From Candidatus Bathyarchaeia archaeon (GTDB taxonomy: Archaea; Thermoproteota; Bathyarchaeia; Bathyarchaeales; Bathycorpusculaceae): a stretch of DNA of 64,000 nucleotides. The notes beneath the pieces were generated by a model, which searched no databases, had not been told where the DNA came from, and worked only from the letters and a program-made list of their open reading frames with translations. The stretch covers positions 1 to 64,000 of the forward strand of contig JBEKKX010000005.1 in NCBI GenBank assembly GCA_050010515.1, written 5' to 3'. Positions 30,876 through 40,475 of the stretch are shown piece by piece. The translations under genes were made by a program, and so were the position numbers. The first letter of the stretch is position 1; the number at the start of each line of letters is the position of its first letter.

Positions 30876-31553
30876 ATGAAGTTTAGTGGATTACAAAAAA
30901 CAAGCCTTCTCGACTACCCCGATAAAGTAGCCAGCGTGCTGTTCACTCCAGGCTGCAACCTGCGTTGCCCGTTCTGCCATAACTGGCGCATAGCCGTAAA
31001 TCCGCAACCGCCGTTTCTGCAGGAAGCCGCTGCATTAGAAATCTTAGAAAACCGCAAAAAATACATTGACGCAGTAGTGGTAACTGGCGGAGAACCATGC
31101 ATGCATAAGGAGTTGCCGAAATTCCTCGCTAAGCTTAAGGAACACGGTTTTATGGTTAAATTGGACACGAACGGTTTCTATCCAGAAGTGCTTGAGGAAT
31201 GCCTTGGCAGCGTAGATTACGTAGCTATGGACGTAAAAACCTGCAAAGAAAAATACAAGTTGCTCGGCGCTGAAGACACAACTGGACTTATACGAACCAT
31301 GGAAATCTTAAAGACGGGCAAGGTGCCCTACGAGTTCAGAACAACCATGGTGCCAGAAATAGTCACAGCCCAAGATGCCACATGCATCGGCGAACTAGTA
31401 AAAGGCTCAAAAAACCATGCACTCCAACAATTCATTCCAGAGGATACGCTAGATAAGAGATTCCAAACTCTCAAGCCTTACGCACCGGAAACAATCAACG
31501 ACTTCGCAGAAATAATACGCAGATACACAGAAAATGTTTTCCTTCGAATCTAA
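30876..31553 (+). CDS. nrdG: Anaerobic RNR activating radical SAM enzyme
   Basis: GCNLRCPFCHN, TGGEP, KLDTNG. Confidence 0.92.
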   Translation: MKFSGLQKTSLLDYPDKVASVLFTPGCNLRCPFCHNWRIAVNPQPPFLQEAAALEILENRKKYIDAVVVTGGEPCMHKELPKFLAKLKEHGFMVKLDTNGFYPEVLEECLGSVDYVAMDVKTCKEKYKLLGAEDTTGLIRTMEILKTGKVPYEFRTTMVPEIVTAQDATCIGELVKGSKNHALQQFIPEDTLDKRFQTLKPYAPETINDFAEIIRRYTENVFLRI

Positions 31554-31692
31554 ATTTGAGAAACTATCTCTTAAATAATCTCATAATTTTTTGAATTAGA
31601 AGCATATACTTAGTTTTTCGAGGCTAGCATGAGAGCTAGTCCAAAATGTCATTCTTCTTTTCATTAACCTGAACTTTCTTTGTGTTTCTTTT

Positions 31693-32073
31693 TCACGGGT
31701 AGAGTTCTAGTCCGAAGTCTTGAAAAGCGTTAAAGTGTTTTTGATTGAATGTGTATAGTTTTGCTCCGTTGTTAATTGCTATGGCTGCAATCATTGCGTC
31801 AGTTCTGCAGGCGTTTTTTCCTTTCTTTTCTACTTCGAGTTCAATTTTGCTAGAGAGCACCGCATCTTTTTTGGTGTAGCTTAGAATTGGGAGCAAAAGA
31901 AGCTCTTTGACGGGTTTGCCGTATTTGTTTAAGCCGAACAAAACTTCGTGCAGACTAATAACTGTCGTTGCTATCTCTTCTCCACTTTCAATAGTCTGCT
32001 TAAGGGCTTGGTCGCCTTTTACGGATTTTTTATCTAAAATTTCAATTAGGGCATCTGAGTCGAGGATTATCAA
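31693..32073 (-). CDS. vapC: PIN-domain (VapC) toxin
   Basis: IILDSDALI, HEV, DAMIAAIA, TFNQKHF. Confidence 0.9.
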   Translation of the reverse strand: MIILDSDALIEILDKKSVKGDQALKQTIESGEEIATTVISLHEVLFGLNKYGKPVKELLLLPILSYTKKDAVLSSKIELEVEKKGKNACRTDAMIAAIAINNGAKLYTFNQKHFNAFQDFGLELYP

Positions 32074-32282
32074 TTTCTTTTTTCAGCTCTTTTAGAGTAA
32101 AGTTCTGAAAGCATCATTTCTTTATCTGTGAATTCAACTTTGCCTCTGAGTTTCTTTAGCGTTTCAACAGGTGCTGTGCACTCAACCAGCCTGTCAAATA
32201 ACTCACTAAAGCTCTCGTCTTTTCCCTTAATGGTTAACAGTTTCCCATAGACTTCGTCTCTAATGGTGATAGTTTTTACCAT
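32070..32282 (-). CDS. VapB-type antitoxin (DUF217-like)
   Basis: VKTITIRDEVY.KL..IK..DESFSE; tttaaacatac repeats upstream (~32302-32326). Confidence 0.82.
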   Translation of the reverse strand: MVKTITIRDEVYGKLLTIKGKDESFSELFDRLVECTAPVETLKKLRGKVEFTDKEMMLSELYSKRAEKRN

Positions 32283-32596
32283 AACGAACCACATAATCAC
32301 ATGTTTAAACATACATTTAAACATACTTAATTACGTTAGCTAATTGGAATAATCGGAAAGAGAATAAGAAATAGAAAGAAAGTTTGGGTTTGGGATTAAA
32401 TTTTAGTCTCCAGACCCAAATGTATTGGCAAGTGTCCGATAATTACCCTTCCGAGTGCGAAATCAATTATTATCGGCTTATTTTTGGGTATTATTGCAAA
32501 AACTAAAAGCAATTGAAACAATATTTGACACGATGGGTCTCTGATGCTTGAGAAGACATTGAAAACCTCTTGCTGAGCATTCAAGGTCTCGTTTAT

Positions 32597-33118
32597 TTAT
32601 TTATGTGGGTTCTTGTTTTCTGTTTTGTGCATCAGGTTAAGTGCTTCAACTCTATAGTGTAAAATATCGTCAAGTTTTATGCGTAAAAATATCTCCTCTA
32701 TCTTTAGAAAGTCTGAATTGGGATTGTACTTTTCTTTACATTCAAGGTCGCACACTCTTTGAGCGTAGAAAACATGGTCTAGTGGAACTACAAGGACCAA
32801 GATGGAATCACTCCAAAATTCCTTGTAGATATTCATCTTTCTTTGCTCGATATATGGGGTTTCTGAATTCCGCATTTTTACTTCGACAAGCATAAGGTCT
32901 CTTTTCTCGTCATCATAAACAAGTAAGTCGGGGGACGACCTTATTCTGCGCATTGTCGGCGAATTCTTTGTTTCTTTGGAAAATAGTTTGTCTCTAATAT
33001 CTGCAAGAGTGCTTTCATAACCATATGGATAGACGCTGTAACCCGACTTTTGCAGTAAAACCTTGATTAAACCTTTTGTAGTTTCGCCTTTGAACATTGA
33101 ATCATGAAAGTCGTCCAA
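32597..33118 (-). CDS. PD-(D/E)xK-fold nuclease-like protein
   Basis: SPDLLVYD...LVEVKMR. Confidence 0.65.
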   Translation of the reverse strand: MDDFHDSMFKGETTKGLIKVLLQKSGYSVYPYGYESTLADIRDKLFSKETKNSPTMRRIRSSPDLLVYDDEKRDLMLVEVKMRNSETPYIEQRKMNIYKEFWSDSILVLVVPLDHVFYAQRVCDLECKEKYNPNSDFLKIEEIFLRIKLDDILHYRVEALNLMHKTENKNPHK

Positions 33119-33480
33119 TCCAATACTTCCTAAGGTTAATCAACCAACTTAGTTTATAACTCCTCTGCATTAGCGCAAAAACTAGGGTTTGTTGTTCATA
33201 TCTGTTTAAGCGTTTTTGAGCATGTTAAGTTCAACTGTTTGGGTTTAGGCCTAAAATTTTAGGTCTGAACTGCACAATAAAGCCTAAAACACCTGTTATT
33301 GTGCAGAACCATTCTTCACTGTTGCAAACTTCCTCTCCCATACCAATTAAACAACACTTCGTAAGCTTAAGTTCACGAGAGAGAGGATATTGCTCCAAAT
33401 GTGATTTCAGCCCAGATGCTTTCGTGCTAAGTTATGGTTTAGAGTGGATTTAACAAACGCTTTTTTATATGGTTTAATTA

Positions 33481-35166
33481 ATGCTTTGTCTAAGAGGCGA
33501 GAGGCTGTCCATTAAACAATCAAGCACGTCGCAAGGCGCAAAGCAACAATTGGCTAGCACCTCTGCAGTGTTTCGGCTAAAACTTGCAATCAAAGCTAAC
33601 AAGTGGCGGCTGGCTTTCCTCGCTTTCGCCATAATCTACGCTTATCTGGTTACGTTAAGTCTGGGCTATATGTCAACGCAATGGGACGAGATGCCTCACT
33701 TGTACGGCGCCTTACTTTTAACTCGAGGGCAAACTTGGTCGTATTTGACGACATACGGTTATTACCCGCCGCTTTTAGATATCCTGACAACTGGCTACAT
33801 ACAGATTTTCGGTGTAACCTCCGTTGCAGGAAGATTAGTTTCCGTAACCTTTTCCCTGCTTGCCCTGTGGATTGTATTCGAGTTTTGCAACAAGATATAT
33901 GGACCGAAAAATGCTCTACTCGCAAGTATTTTACTTGGCACAATGCCCGGGTTCTTTTGGCTTTCAAGGGTAACAATGCTAGAGACAATGCTCATATTCT
34001 TTTTCACATTGGTAATGTTCTTTTTTTACTCTTGGATAATTAAGAATAGTAACAAAGCGCTTCTTTTCAGCGGCCTAGCCCTAGGAATAGGTATTCTTGC
34101 GGAATACGAAATTGTGGTTGCAGCCGTAGCAATGGTAGCAAGCGTCCTGTTCTTTTGCAGAAAAAGGTTGAAGATAAGCTTGGCAAAGCTCATAATCCTA
34201 CTTATAATAGTAGTTTTGGTGGCGGCGCCTTGGTTTTTAATGGTGTACCAGGCTGATGGTTCAACAAAATTTCAAACTTTACAGCATGTTCTGCAGGGAG
34301 GTGATGAAAACCGGCCAGTGTACAGCAACAGATTTTTTTCTCCAGTGTTCTACTTGATTGAAATGACTTGGCCCTTTAATGGTGCCCCTGTTAATCCCAT
34401 CTCGTTGCCCATTTTCATTTTAGGTCTATGCGGTTTAGCGTTGTTTGCTTACCGAAGGAAAAAACAAGATGTCTTCTTATTTACCTGGTTTATAGTCGTT
34501 TATGTTTTCTTTACTATTATTCCAAACAGGCAATGGCGTTACGTGACCCCGCTTTTCCCGATTTTAGCTATTTCAGCAGCGTGCTTCATCATGTTTCTCT
34601 ATGGCAAAATTCATGCGTGGAAGCCCAAGCAGCTAGGTCTCAGCGGAGAACGCTTTAAGAAGTTTGCAGCGGCATTTTTCATTATTATTGTGGCATCAAC
34701 GATTTTTTACAGTAGTTATAATGCGTATGAGATGACTGCCCGAGATCAAGTTGACATTCCTATACAACAGACAACAAACTACTTGGCTGGTCACTTGGGG
34801 CAAAACCAGTCAGCGGTGATTGTTTGCGCCTTTAACCTTTTAGACCAAGATATGTTTCGGTTTTACCTGCCCGCAAACATGTCAGAATACCAGATTTGGC
34901 AGTATCCAGAGTTAGCCGTTGACGCCTACACGCCTAACTTTAACATAACAGAATTCGTAAACCTATGTGAACAAAACAACGTCAAATACATAATTCTTTA
35001 CGATTATGGATCTAGCACACAGTTTTACAACACAACCTTAACCTATTCAGATATACTCCAAATGATTGCCAATACACAGAGGTTCGGTGTCCCAACAGAT
35101 CAGCCTTTCTTTGGCCAAATGCCACACAGGCTTTTCCTAGTCCGTTTCAATCAAACCCAAACCTAA
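33481..35166 (+). CDS. GT-C (GT39/ArnT/PMT-like) membrane glycosyltransferase
   Basis: WDE, YYPPL, GR..SV.FS, many TM segments, RY..PLFP; start uncertain. Confidence 0.85.
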   Translation: MLCLRGERLSIKQSSTSQGAKQQLASTSAVFRLKLAIKANKWRLAFLAFAIIYAYLVTLSLGYMSTQWDEMPHLYGALLLTRGQTWSYLTTYGYYPPLLDILTTGYIQIFGVTSVAGRLVSVTFSLLALWIVFEFCNKIYGPKNALLASILLGTMPGFFWLSRVTMLETMLIFFFTLVMFFFYSWIIKNSNKALLFSGLALGIGILAEYEIVVAAVAMVASVLFFCRKRLKISLAKLIILLIIVVLVAAPWFLMVYQADGSTKFQTLQHVLQGGDENRPVYSNRFFSPVFYLIEMTWPFNGAPVNPISLPIFILGLCGLALFAYRRKKQDVFLFTWFIVVYVFFTIIPNRQWRYVTPLFPILAISAACFIMFLYGKIHAWKPKQLGLSGERFKKFAAAFFIIIVASTIFYSSYNAYEMTARDQVDIPIQQTTNYLAGHLGQNQSAVIVCAFNLLDQDMFRFYLPANMSEYQIWQYPELAVDAYTPNFNITEFVNLCEQNNVKYIILYDYGSSTQFYNTTLTYSDILQMIANTQRFGVPTDQPFFGQMPHRLFLVRFNQTQT

Positions 35167-35168
35167 CA

Positions 35169-35615
35169 CTAGCCGATTTCTAAAAATTCAAAACCCGTCT
35201 CCTTGTTTTTAGCTCTTTTAGCTGCAGAACCAGCCAGTTCCAAAATGACTACTTCGCCTATTTGCCATACATCAACTCCCATGCGCACGCAGCCCGTAAC
35301 CGCCGTGTCATTTCTTCCAAAGCTTGCATGCATATGCAGTTTCGGTTTACCATGCTCATCGGCGAAGATTGTTCCCACACCGCAGCTTTCATGGACTCCC
35401 TTCAAAAGCGTGACCATCGGTTCAGGAGGAAGAGCTGTTCCGTCTTTAGGTCCCACGACAACTTTGCTTTTGTCTTCTGCGCCGCCTAAAAAGAAGCACA
35501 ATGCACTTGAAACTTGCTTTTCGGCAGCAAATTTTTCTATAACTTCATGTAAGCGCTCGCCTTGGTGGAGTCTGAGTATGAAGATTCTTCCGAGTTTGGC
35601 TTCGGTATAGTTCAA
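35169..35615 (-). CDS. PPC/DUF296 domain protein
   Basis: GRIFILRL..GE, PKLHMHASFG. Confidence 0.85.
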   Translation of the reverse strand: MNYTEAKLGRIFILRLHQGERLHEVIEKFAAEKQVSSALCFFLGGAEDKSKVVVGPKDGTALPPEPMVTLLKGVHESCGVGTIFADEHGKPKLHMHASFGRNDTAVTGCVRMGVDVWQIGEVVILELAGSAAKRAKNKETGFEFLEIG

Positions 35616-35717
35616 GGTTTTGCCCCTTTTTTCATCAAAACTGATGCGTAGTCAAATATAAAAGACTTCAACTTTGGCAAAAGTGTTCGGATATTAGAGA
35701 AGCAAACCTTTTGTGAT

Positions 35718-35867
35718 TTATATCCTGTTTAAGTAGAGAATCTCTTTTGCATCTTCTTTTCGTTTCTGCGCAGGCACGTTTGATGTGCCGTCATCCGTTG
35801 TTATAACTGCGTTTTCGGCGGCCATCTGGCAGTTTGAAAGGTGCCTTGCTTTATCTTTCTGAGACAT
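35718..35867 (-). CDS. Small hypothetical protein (49 aa); not in the ORF track
   Basis: MSQKDKARHL...ILYLNRI*; GAGGT SD-like site and TTTATAAG upstream. Confidence 0.4.
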   Translation of the reverse strand: MSQKDKARHLSNCQMAAENAVITTDDGTSNVPAQKRKEDAKEILYLNRI

Positions 35868-36010
35868 ATTTTTCAACCTCTTGAAGAGTCCAGACAACTT
35901 AAAGTAAGCTTATAAATGTTATCCCGATTTTAAAAGCTTTATGAATCAATAATTTATTGTTAATAAAAATTATGAATATGGATTGATTATGTTTAAACAG
36001 CATTTCTTAA

Positions 36011-36607
36011 TCAGCGTTTGAAACGGTCGTTTCGCCACACGTCCGCGCTGTCACTGTACCCTCTTCGTTCCCAGAAGCCTAACTCTTTGCCGCGAGTAAA
36101 CCGCAAATGCACCACCCACAACGCACTCTTATACGCATACTTGTTTGGCACTACAAGGCGCACTGGAAAACCGTACCCTTCCTCCAACACTTCCCCATTT
36201 AGTTTGTAAGCTAAAAGCACATCACTGCCATAGAGTTCTTCTCGGAAAAGCGAAGTGGTATACGAGTCAGCGCATTCAAAAGTTACACTTTTAGCAACAT
36301 CTTTAGGCTTAACAAGCTTCTCGATTTCTCGAATGTGGACGCCCTCCCATTTACAATCTCGAACGCTCCAGCCCTCAACGCAATGAAAATCGCTGATTGA
36401 GACGGTTTTGGGTAACTTCATGAAGTCATTCCAGCTTAGTTCCACTGGATTTTCTACTTCGCCATCGATTGTTAGTGTGTAGGTTTCAAGTTTGAGCTGT
36501 GGGTTAGTTGAGGTTATGCCTGGATGGTCAATGCCCCACCGTAAAAGGTGGTCGGTAGCCTCTTGGTTGGGCGGCAGTTTTCTTTTCTTTTGTTCTTCGC
36601 TAGACAA
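36011..36607 (-). CDS. Molybdopterin-binding oxidoreductase (sulfite oxidase/MsrP-like)
   Basis: LPPNQ, DFHCVEGWS, GFPVRLVVP..YAYKS, GFWERRGYS. Confidence 0.88.
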   Translation of the reverse strand: MSSEEQKKRKLPPNQEATDHLLRWGIDHPGITSTNPQLKLETYTLTIDGEVENPVELSWNDFMKLPKTVSISDFHCVEGWSVRDCKWEGVHIREIEKLVKPKDVAKSVTFECADSYTTSLFREELYGSDVLLAYKLNGEVLEEGYGFPVRLVVPNKYAYKSALWVVHLRFTRGKELGFWERRGYSDSADVWRNDRFKR

Positions 36608-36661
36608 AATTTTGACCCCACTTAAAATGGGTTTACAGGGAGAAAAAGTTTTCTTTGGTGG

Positions 36662-37765
36662 TTAGCTTGTTTGGAAAAAGCTTGTCAGCTGTTTTTGCTG
36701 CGGTTCTTCCCTGCTGAAGCCTGAGACTTTCACTCCGACTCTTCGAACTTCAAGCTGGGTTTCGCTTAGGAATTTTCCGAATAGTTCTTTTACGTTTTTC
36801 TTGATTGTCTCTGGGTCTTTTGCTGGTTGCTCAAGTGTTATTGACCTGCTTTTACTGCTTAAATCAGTCAGGACCACGTAAATTGCAACTTGCTTAAAGC
36901 TCAAGTTCTTATCCGCTAGTTCCTTGGAGACATCATCTGTTAATTCATCTGTTTTCTGCAAAATAAACGCCAAATCCTTTGTGTCCTGCTTTAATGTGCC
37001 GATTCTGCTTATGGATTCGGCTTCCCCTTGCTCTTGAACAGGTTCATTATCAACCGCGTTAGCAGCATTATGAAAATAGACACCGAGAGTTCTGCCGAAT
37101 ATGTCTATGAGTTTTTGCACGTCATAATTTGCTAAGTCGCCAACTGTTTTGATTCCTAAGGAATCCATTCTTGCCGAAGTCTTCTTCCCGACACCTAAGA
37201 GTCGATCCACAGGCAACGACGAAAAAAAACTCTTAGCTTCTTCAGGTTTTACAATTGTTAAGCCGTTTGGTTTTTGGCTGTCACAAGCAATTTTAGAGAC
37301 AAGCTTGTTGGGTCCAACTCCCACGGAGAAAGAAATGCCGACCTGTTTGGTGACTTCATTTTTCATTTTTTGAGCGTAATCTTTTGCTTTCTCGAAGCTG
37401 CCTTGAACTTGCTCTGTAACATCCAAGTAAGCTTCATCAACGCTGACTTGCTCCAGACTGCTTGCGTAGCCGCGGAGAATCTGCATTATCCTGTTGCTTA
37501 TTTGGTCGTAGTACTCGTGGTCAACTGGCAGAAAAACTGCATCTGTGCCTTCTAGTTTCCGCTTAGCAAGGAAGAGGGGCATGCCAGATTTAACGCTGTA
37601 TTTTCTAGCAATGTAGTTGCTGGTGCTTACTGCTCCGCTTTCCTCTGTGCGTCCTGAATAAACGCCTACGACAACTGGCTTGTCTTTCAGGGTTGGGTTG
37701 CGTAGCTCCTCGCATTGCGCATAGAAATAGTCGAAATCAACCAGCATGACGACACGGTTTTGCAT
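36662..37765 (-). CDS. dinB: Y-family DNA polymerase IV (Dpo4/DinB)
   Basis: VDFDYFYAQCE, SNYIARKY, SVDEAYLD, C-terminal PIP-like QLTSFF. Confidence 0.93.
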   Translation of the reverse strand: MQNRVVMLVDFDYFYAQCEELRNPTLKDKPVVVGVYSGRTEESGAVSTSNYIARKYSVKSGMPLFLAKRKLEGTDAVFLPVDHEYYDQISNRIMQILRGYASSLEQVSVDEAYLDVTEQVQGSFEKAKDYAQKMKNEVTKQVGISFSVGVGPNKLVSKIACDSQKPNGLTIVKPEEAKSFFSSLPVDRLLGVGKKTSARMDSLGIKTVGDLANYDVQKLIDIFGRTLGVYFHNAANAVDNEPVQEQGEAESISRIGTLKQDTKDLAFILQKTDELTDDVSKELADKNLSFKQVAIYVVLTDLSSKSRSITLEQPAKDPETIKKNVKELFGKFLSETQLEVRRVGVKVSGFSREEPQQKQLTSFFQTS

Positions 37766-37769
37766 CCAA

Positions 37770-38645
37770 TCACTTTCCCTTATCCTTAGGCATAAGCCAA
37801 GACCCATCGCACGGTGCCGTGTTTAACTCGGGTAAGCCTTCTCTGCAAACACCAAACTTCATATTATTCGCAACCGCCAAGTCACGAACGCTTTTTAGAA
37901 GCCTGAGCCTAAATTCCTTTGGCAAGAGTGTGTTGCCGCCGATTTTTTCGCCCTGCTGAAAATAGAGCGGTTTCAGATTCTCTGCTACTTTAGGCATGGC
38001 TTGGGCGAATCGCATCCAATTGTCTGGTTTAGCCTTGTAGGTTGAGCATGTTAAATGTTTGACGCCGATGCTTGCTAGTGCCGAGATGAGTTTTCGCGGT
38101 TGGTCGTTTACTAAGGGTATGATTGGGTCTATTCGCACTGAGACGGGTATGCCTTTTTTAGTTAAGTCTTGCGCCGCTCTAAGTCGTTGAGATGGCAGGG
38201 GTGCGTGTGGCTCGATGAGTTTTGCTATGTTATCATCGTCTGTAGTTATGGTTAACGCTACAGTTGATGGAACCTTGCTTAGCAAGTCATCGTCCCTTAC
38301 CACAATGTTGCTTTTTGTTATGATTTGTATTTTGCAGTTGCTTTCCGCAAGTATTTCAAGGCACCGTCTTGTCAAGCCGGCGGACGCTTCGGCACGCGGG
38401 TATGGGTCCGATGAGTTGGCTATTGAAATGGTTTCGCCTTTGAGTTTTGCCGCTTCACGCTTAAAAGTTACAAGCAGGTCTTTTTTGGGTCTGCAATCGC
38501 TGAAGCTTGGGATGTAACTGGAAGCGTAGCAGTAGATACATTGGTGGTCGCATCCAGTGTAAGGGTTAAACGTAAGCTTCGGCGGACAAGTGCACAACCC
38601 AGAGCGCCATGGGTCAAACCTTGAAATTAACGGCACACATTTCAC
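37770..38645 (-). CDS. SplB-like radical SAM protein
   Basis: NPYTGCDHQCIYCYA, SSDPY, ITKS, RIDPIIP. Confidence 0.82.
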   Translation of the reverse strand: MKCVPLISRFDPWRSGLCTCPPKLTFNPYTGCDHQCIYCYASSYIPSFSDCRPKKDLLVTFKREAAKLKGETISIANSSDPYPRAEASAGLTRRCLEILAESNCKIQIITKSNIVVRDDDLLSKVPSTVALTITTDDDNIAKLIEPHAPLPSQRLRAAQDLTKKGIPVSVRIDPIIPLVNDQPRKLISALASIGVKHLTCSTYKAKPDNWMRFAQAMPKVAENLKPLYFQQGEKIGGNTLLPKEFRLRLLKSVRDLAVANNMKFGVCREGLPELNTAPCDGSWLMPKDKGK

Positions 38646-38765
38646 TTACGGCTATTTATGCAGGTTAGATAGACAAAAAGTATTCGTAATATAAAAGGAA
38701 TTTACAGATTAAAATCTTAGTGCAGTTAGAAAGCATTAAATCTTTTAGTATTCAATTATTAGCGC

Positions 38766-40175
38766 ATGAAATCTTTTCTCGTTTGCCTAAAAGAGGAAAA
38801 CATGAGCTTATTTACAGATTTTTATGAGTTAACGATGTGCGCAAGCTACTTTGACAACAAAAACTTTGAACCAGCAACCTTTGACTTGTTCATTAGGCGT
38901 TTGCCTGAAAACCGCTCCTACTTCTTATTCGCAGGACTAGAAGAAGCCCTGCAGTACCTGCAAAGCATCAAATTCACAGATGAGCATCTGGCTTACCTGA
39001 AAAAACAGGGGTTCAAAGAGGATTTTCTTGATTATTTGCGCGGTTTCAGGTTTACAGGTGATGTTTGGGCTGTTCCAGAGGGCGCAATCGCTTTTCCAAA
39101 TGAACCCTTAATCCGTGTTACAGCGCCGATAATTGAGGCTCAGCTAGTTGAGACTTTCCTGCTTAACACTGTTAACCTGCAAACTATGATAGCTACAAAA
39201 GCCTCGCGGGTAGTGTACGCAGCTAAGGGAAAATCCGTGATTGAGTTCGGCCTGCGAAGAGAACATGGCATTGACGCTGGAATGAAAGTGGCGCGAAGCA
39301 GCTACATCGCTGGGTGCCAAGGCACAAGTAACGTTTTGGCAGGGCAAGTCTATGGCATTCCAGTTTTCGGAACCATGGCGCACTCGTTTATCATGTCTTA
39401 TTCAAAAGAGATTGATGCGTTCCGAGCATTCGCTAAAACTTTCCCAAACAAATCCACGCTTCTCATAGACACTTACGATGACATTTCAGGCGCAGAAAAA
39501 GCCGCAGTTGTAGCCAAAGAGCTTGAGGCTAAGGGTTTTAGGCTTGGAGGCGTTCGCTTGGACAGCGGCGATTTGGCGCAAACCAGCAAAAAAGTCAGAA
39601 AAATCCTTGACGACCAAGGCTTGGAATATATGAAGATTTTTGCCAGCGGCGACTTGGATGAATTCAAAATAGAAGAACTGCTAAGCAAAGGCGCACGAAT
39701 AGACTCGTTTGGGGTAGGGACTAAAATGGGTACTTCAGCGGATAGACCTTATTTGGATGTAATTTACAAACTCTGCGAAACCATGACGGCTGACGGCAGC
39801 TTTTCGCCTATAATGAAGTTAAGCAAGGATAAAATTACTTTGCCAGGACGAAAACAAGTTTACCGCTTCATGGACGCGGCGGGAAATTTTGAAAAAGACA
39901 CCATTGCCTTGGCTGATGAGAAAGTGGAGGGCGAACCGTTGCTTGTTAAAGTCATGGAAAAGGGCAAATTAATCTACAAGCTTCCGTCGCTTGGTAACAT
40001 TCGAGCCACGGCTGCAGGGAATCTGTCTAAACTTCCAGAGGAGTATAAGGCGTTAACGGGTGCGTCTGTTTATCCAGTTGAGTTAAGCAGAAACTTGCTG
40101 AACCTGGTTAAAACTTTAAAGCGTCAGTTAACTGTAAACGAGATAAACCGTGGAGTTTCTGGCATTCACGTTTAA
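38766..40175 (+). CDS. pncB: Nicotinate phosphoribosyltransferase
   Basis: LFTDFYELTM, EFGLRR, GTMAHS, VRLDSGD, FGVGT. Confidence 0.93.
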   Translation: MKSFLVCLKEENMSLFTDFYELTMCASYFDNKNFEPATFDLFIRRLPENRSYFLFAGLEEALQYLQSIKFTDEHLAYLKKQGFKEDFLDYLRGFRFTGDVWAVPEGAIAFPNEPLIRVTAPIIEAQLVETFLLNTVNLQTMIATKASRVVYAAKGKSVIEFGLRREHGIDAGMKVARSSYIAGCQGTSNVLAGQVYGIPVFGTMAHSFIMSYSKEIDAFRAFAKTFPNKSTLLIDTYDDISGAEKAAVVAKELEAKGFRLGGVRLDSGDLAQTSKKVRKILDDQGLEYMKIFASGDLDEFKIEELLSKGARIDSFGVGTKMGTSADRPYLDVIYKLCETMTADGSFSPIMKLSKDKITLPGRKQVYRFMDAAGNFEKDTIALADEKVEGEPLLVKVMEKGKLIYKLPSLGNIRATAAGNLSKLPEEYKALTGASVYPVELSRNLLNLVKTLKRQLTVNEINRGVSGIHV

Positions 40176-40345
40176 CTTTTCTTATGTTTCTTGTTGATTC
40201 TCTTTTTATATTCGCCACAATAACTGTTTCCTCCTTCCCAGCATTGTGGGGTAACTTTATCACATTCTTTCAGATACTCGCACTTATAGAAAACCGCGTC
40301 AATTCTTTCTTGAAGACCAGTAAATCCTTCCTTTACTCTTCCCAC
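40172..40345 (-). CDS. Small 4-Cys protein (57 aa); not in the ORF track
   Basis: MGRVKEGFTGLQERIDAVFYKCEYLKECDKVTPQCWEGGNSYCGEYKKRINKKHKKS*; fills the intergenic gap. Confidence 0.5.
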   Translation of the reverse strand: MGRVKEGFTGLQERIDAVFYKCEYLKECDKVTPQCWEGGNSYCGEYKKRINKKHKKS

Positions 40346-40475
40346 GTAAAACGCCTGATGAAATTATTAATCAATCCATATGTTAGTTAGTCCCTTATTT
40401 CGTGTGAAATATGGCAAACCCTTAATAGTCTTTTCAGAAAAGGATAATTGCTGTTCAAAAGGGGAAGAAGGTAAT

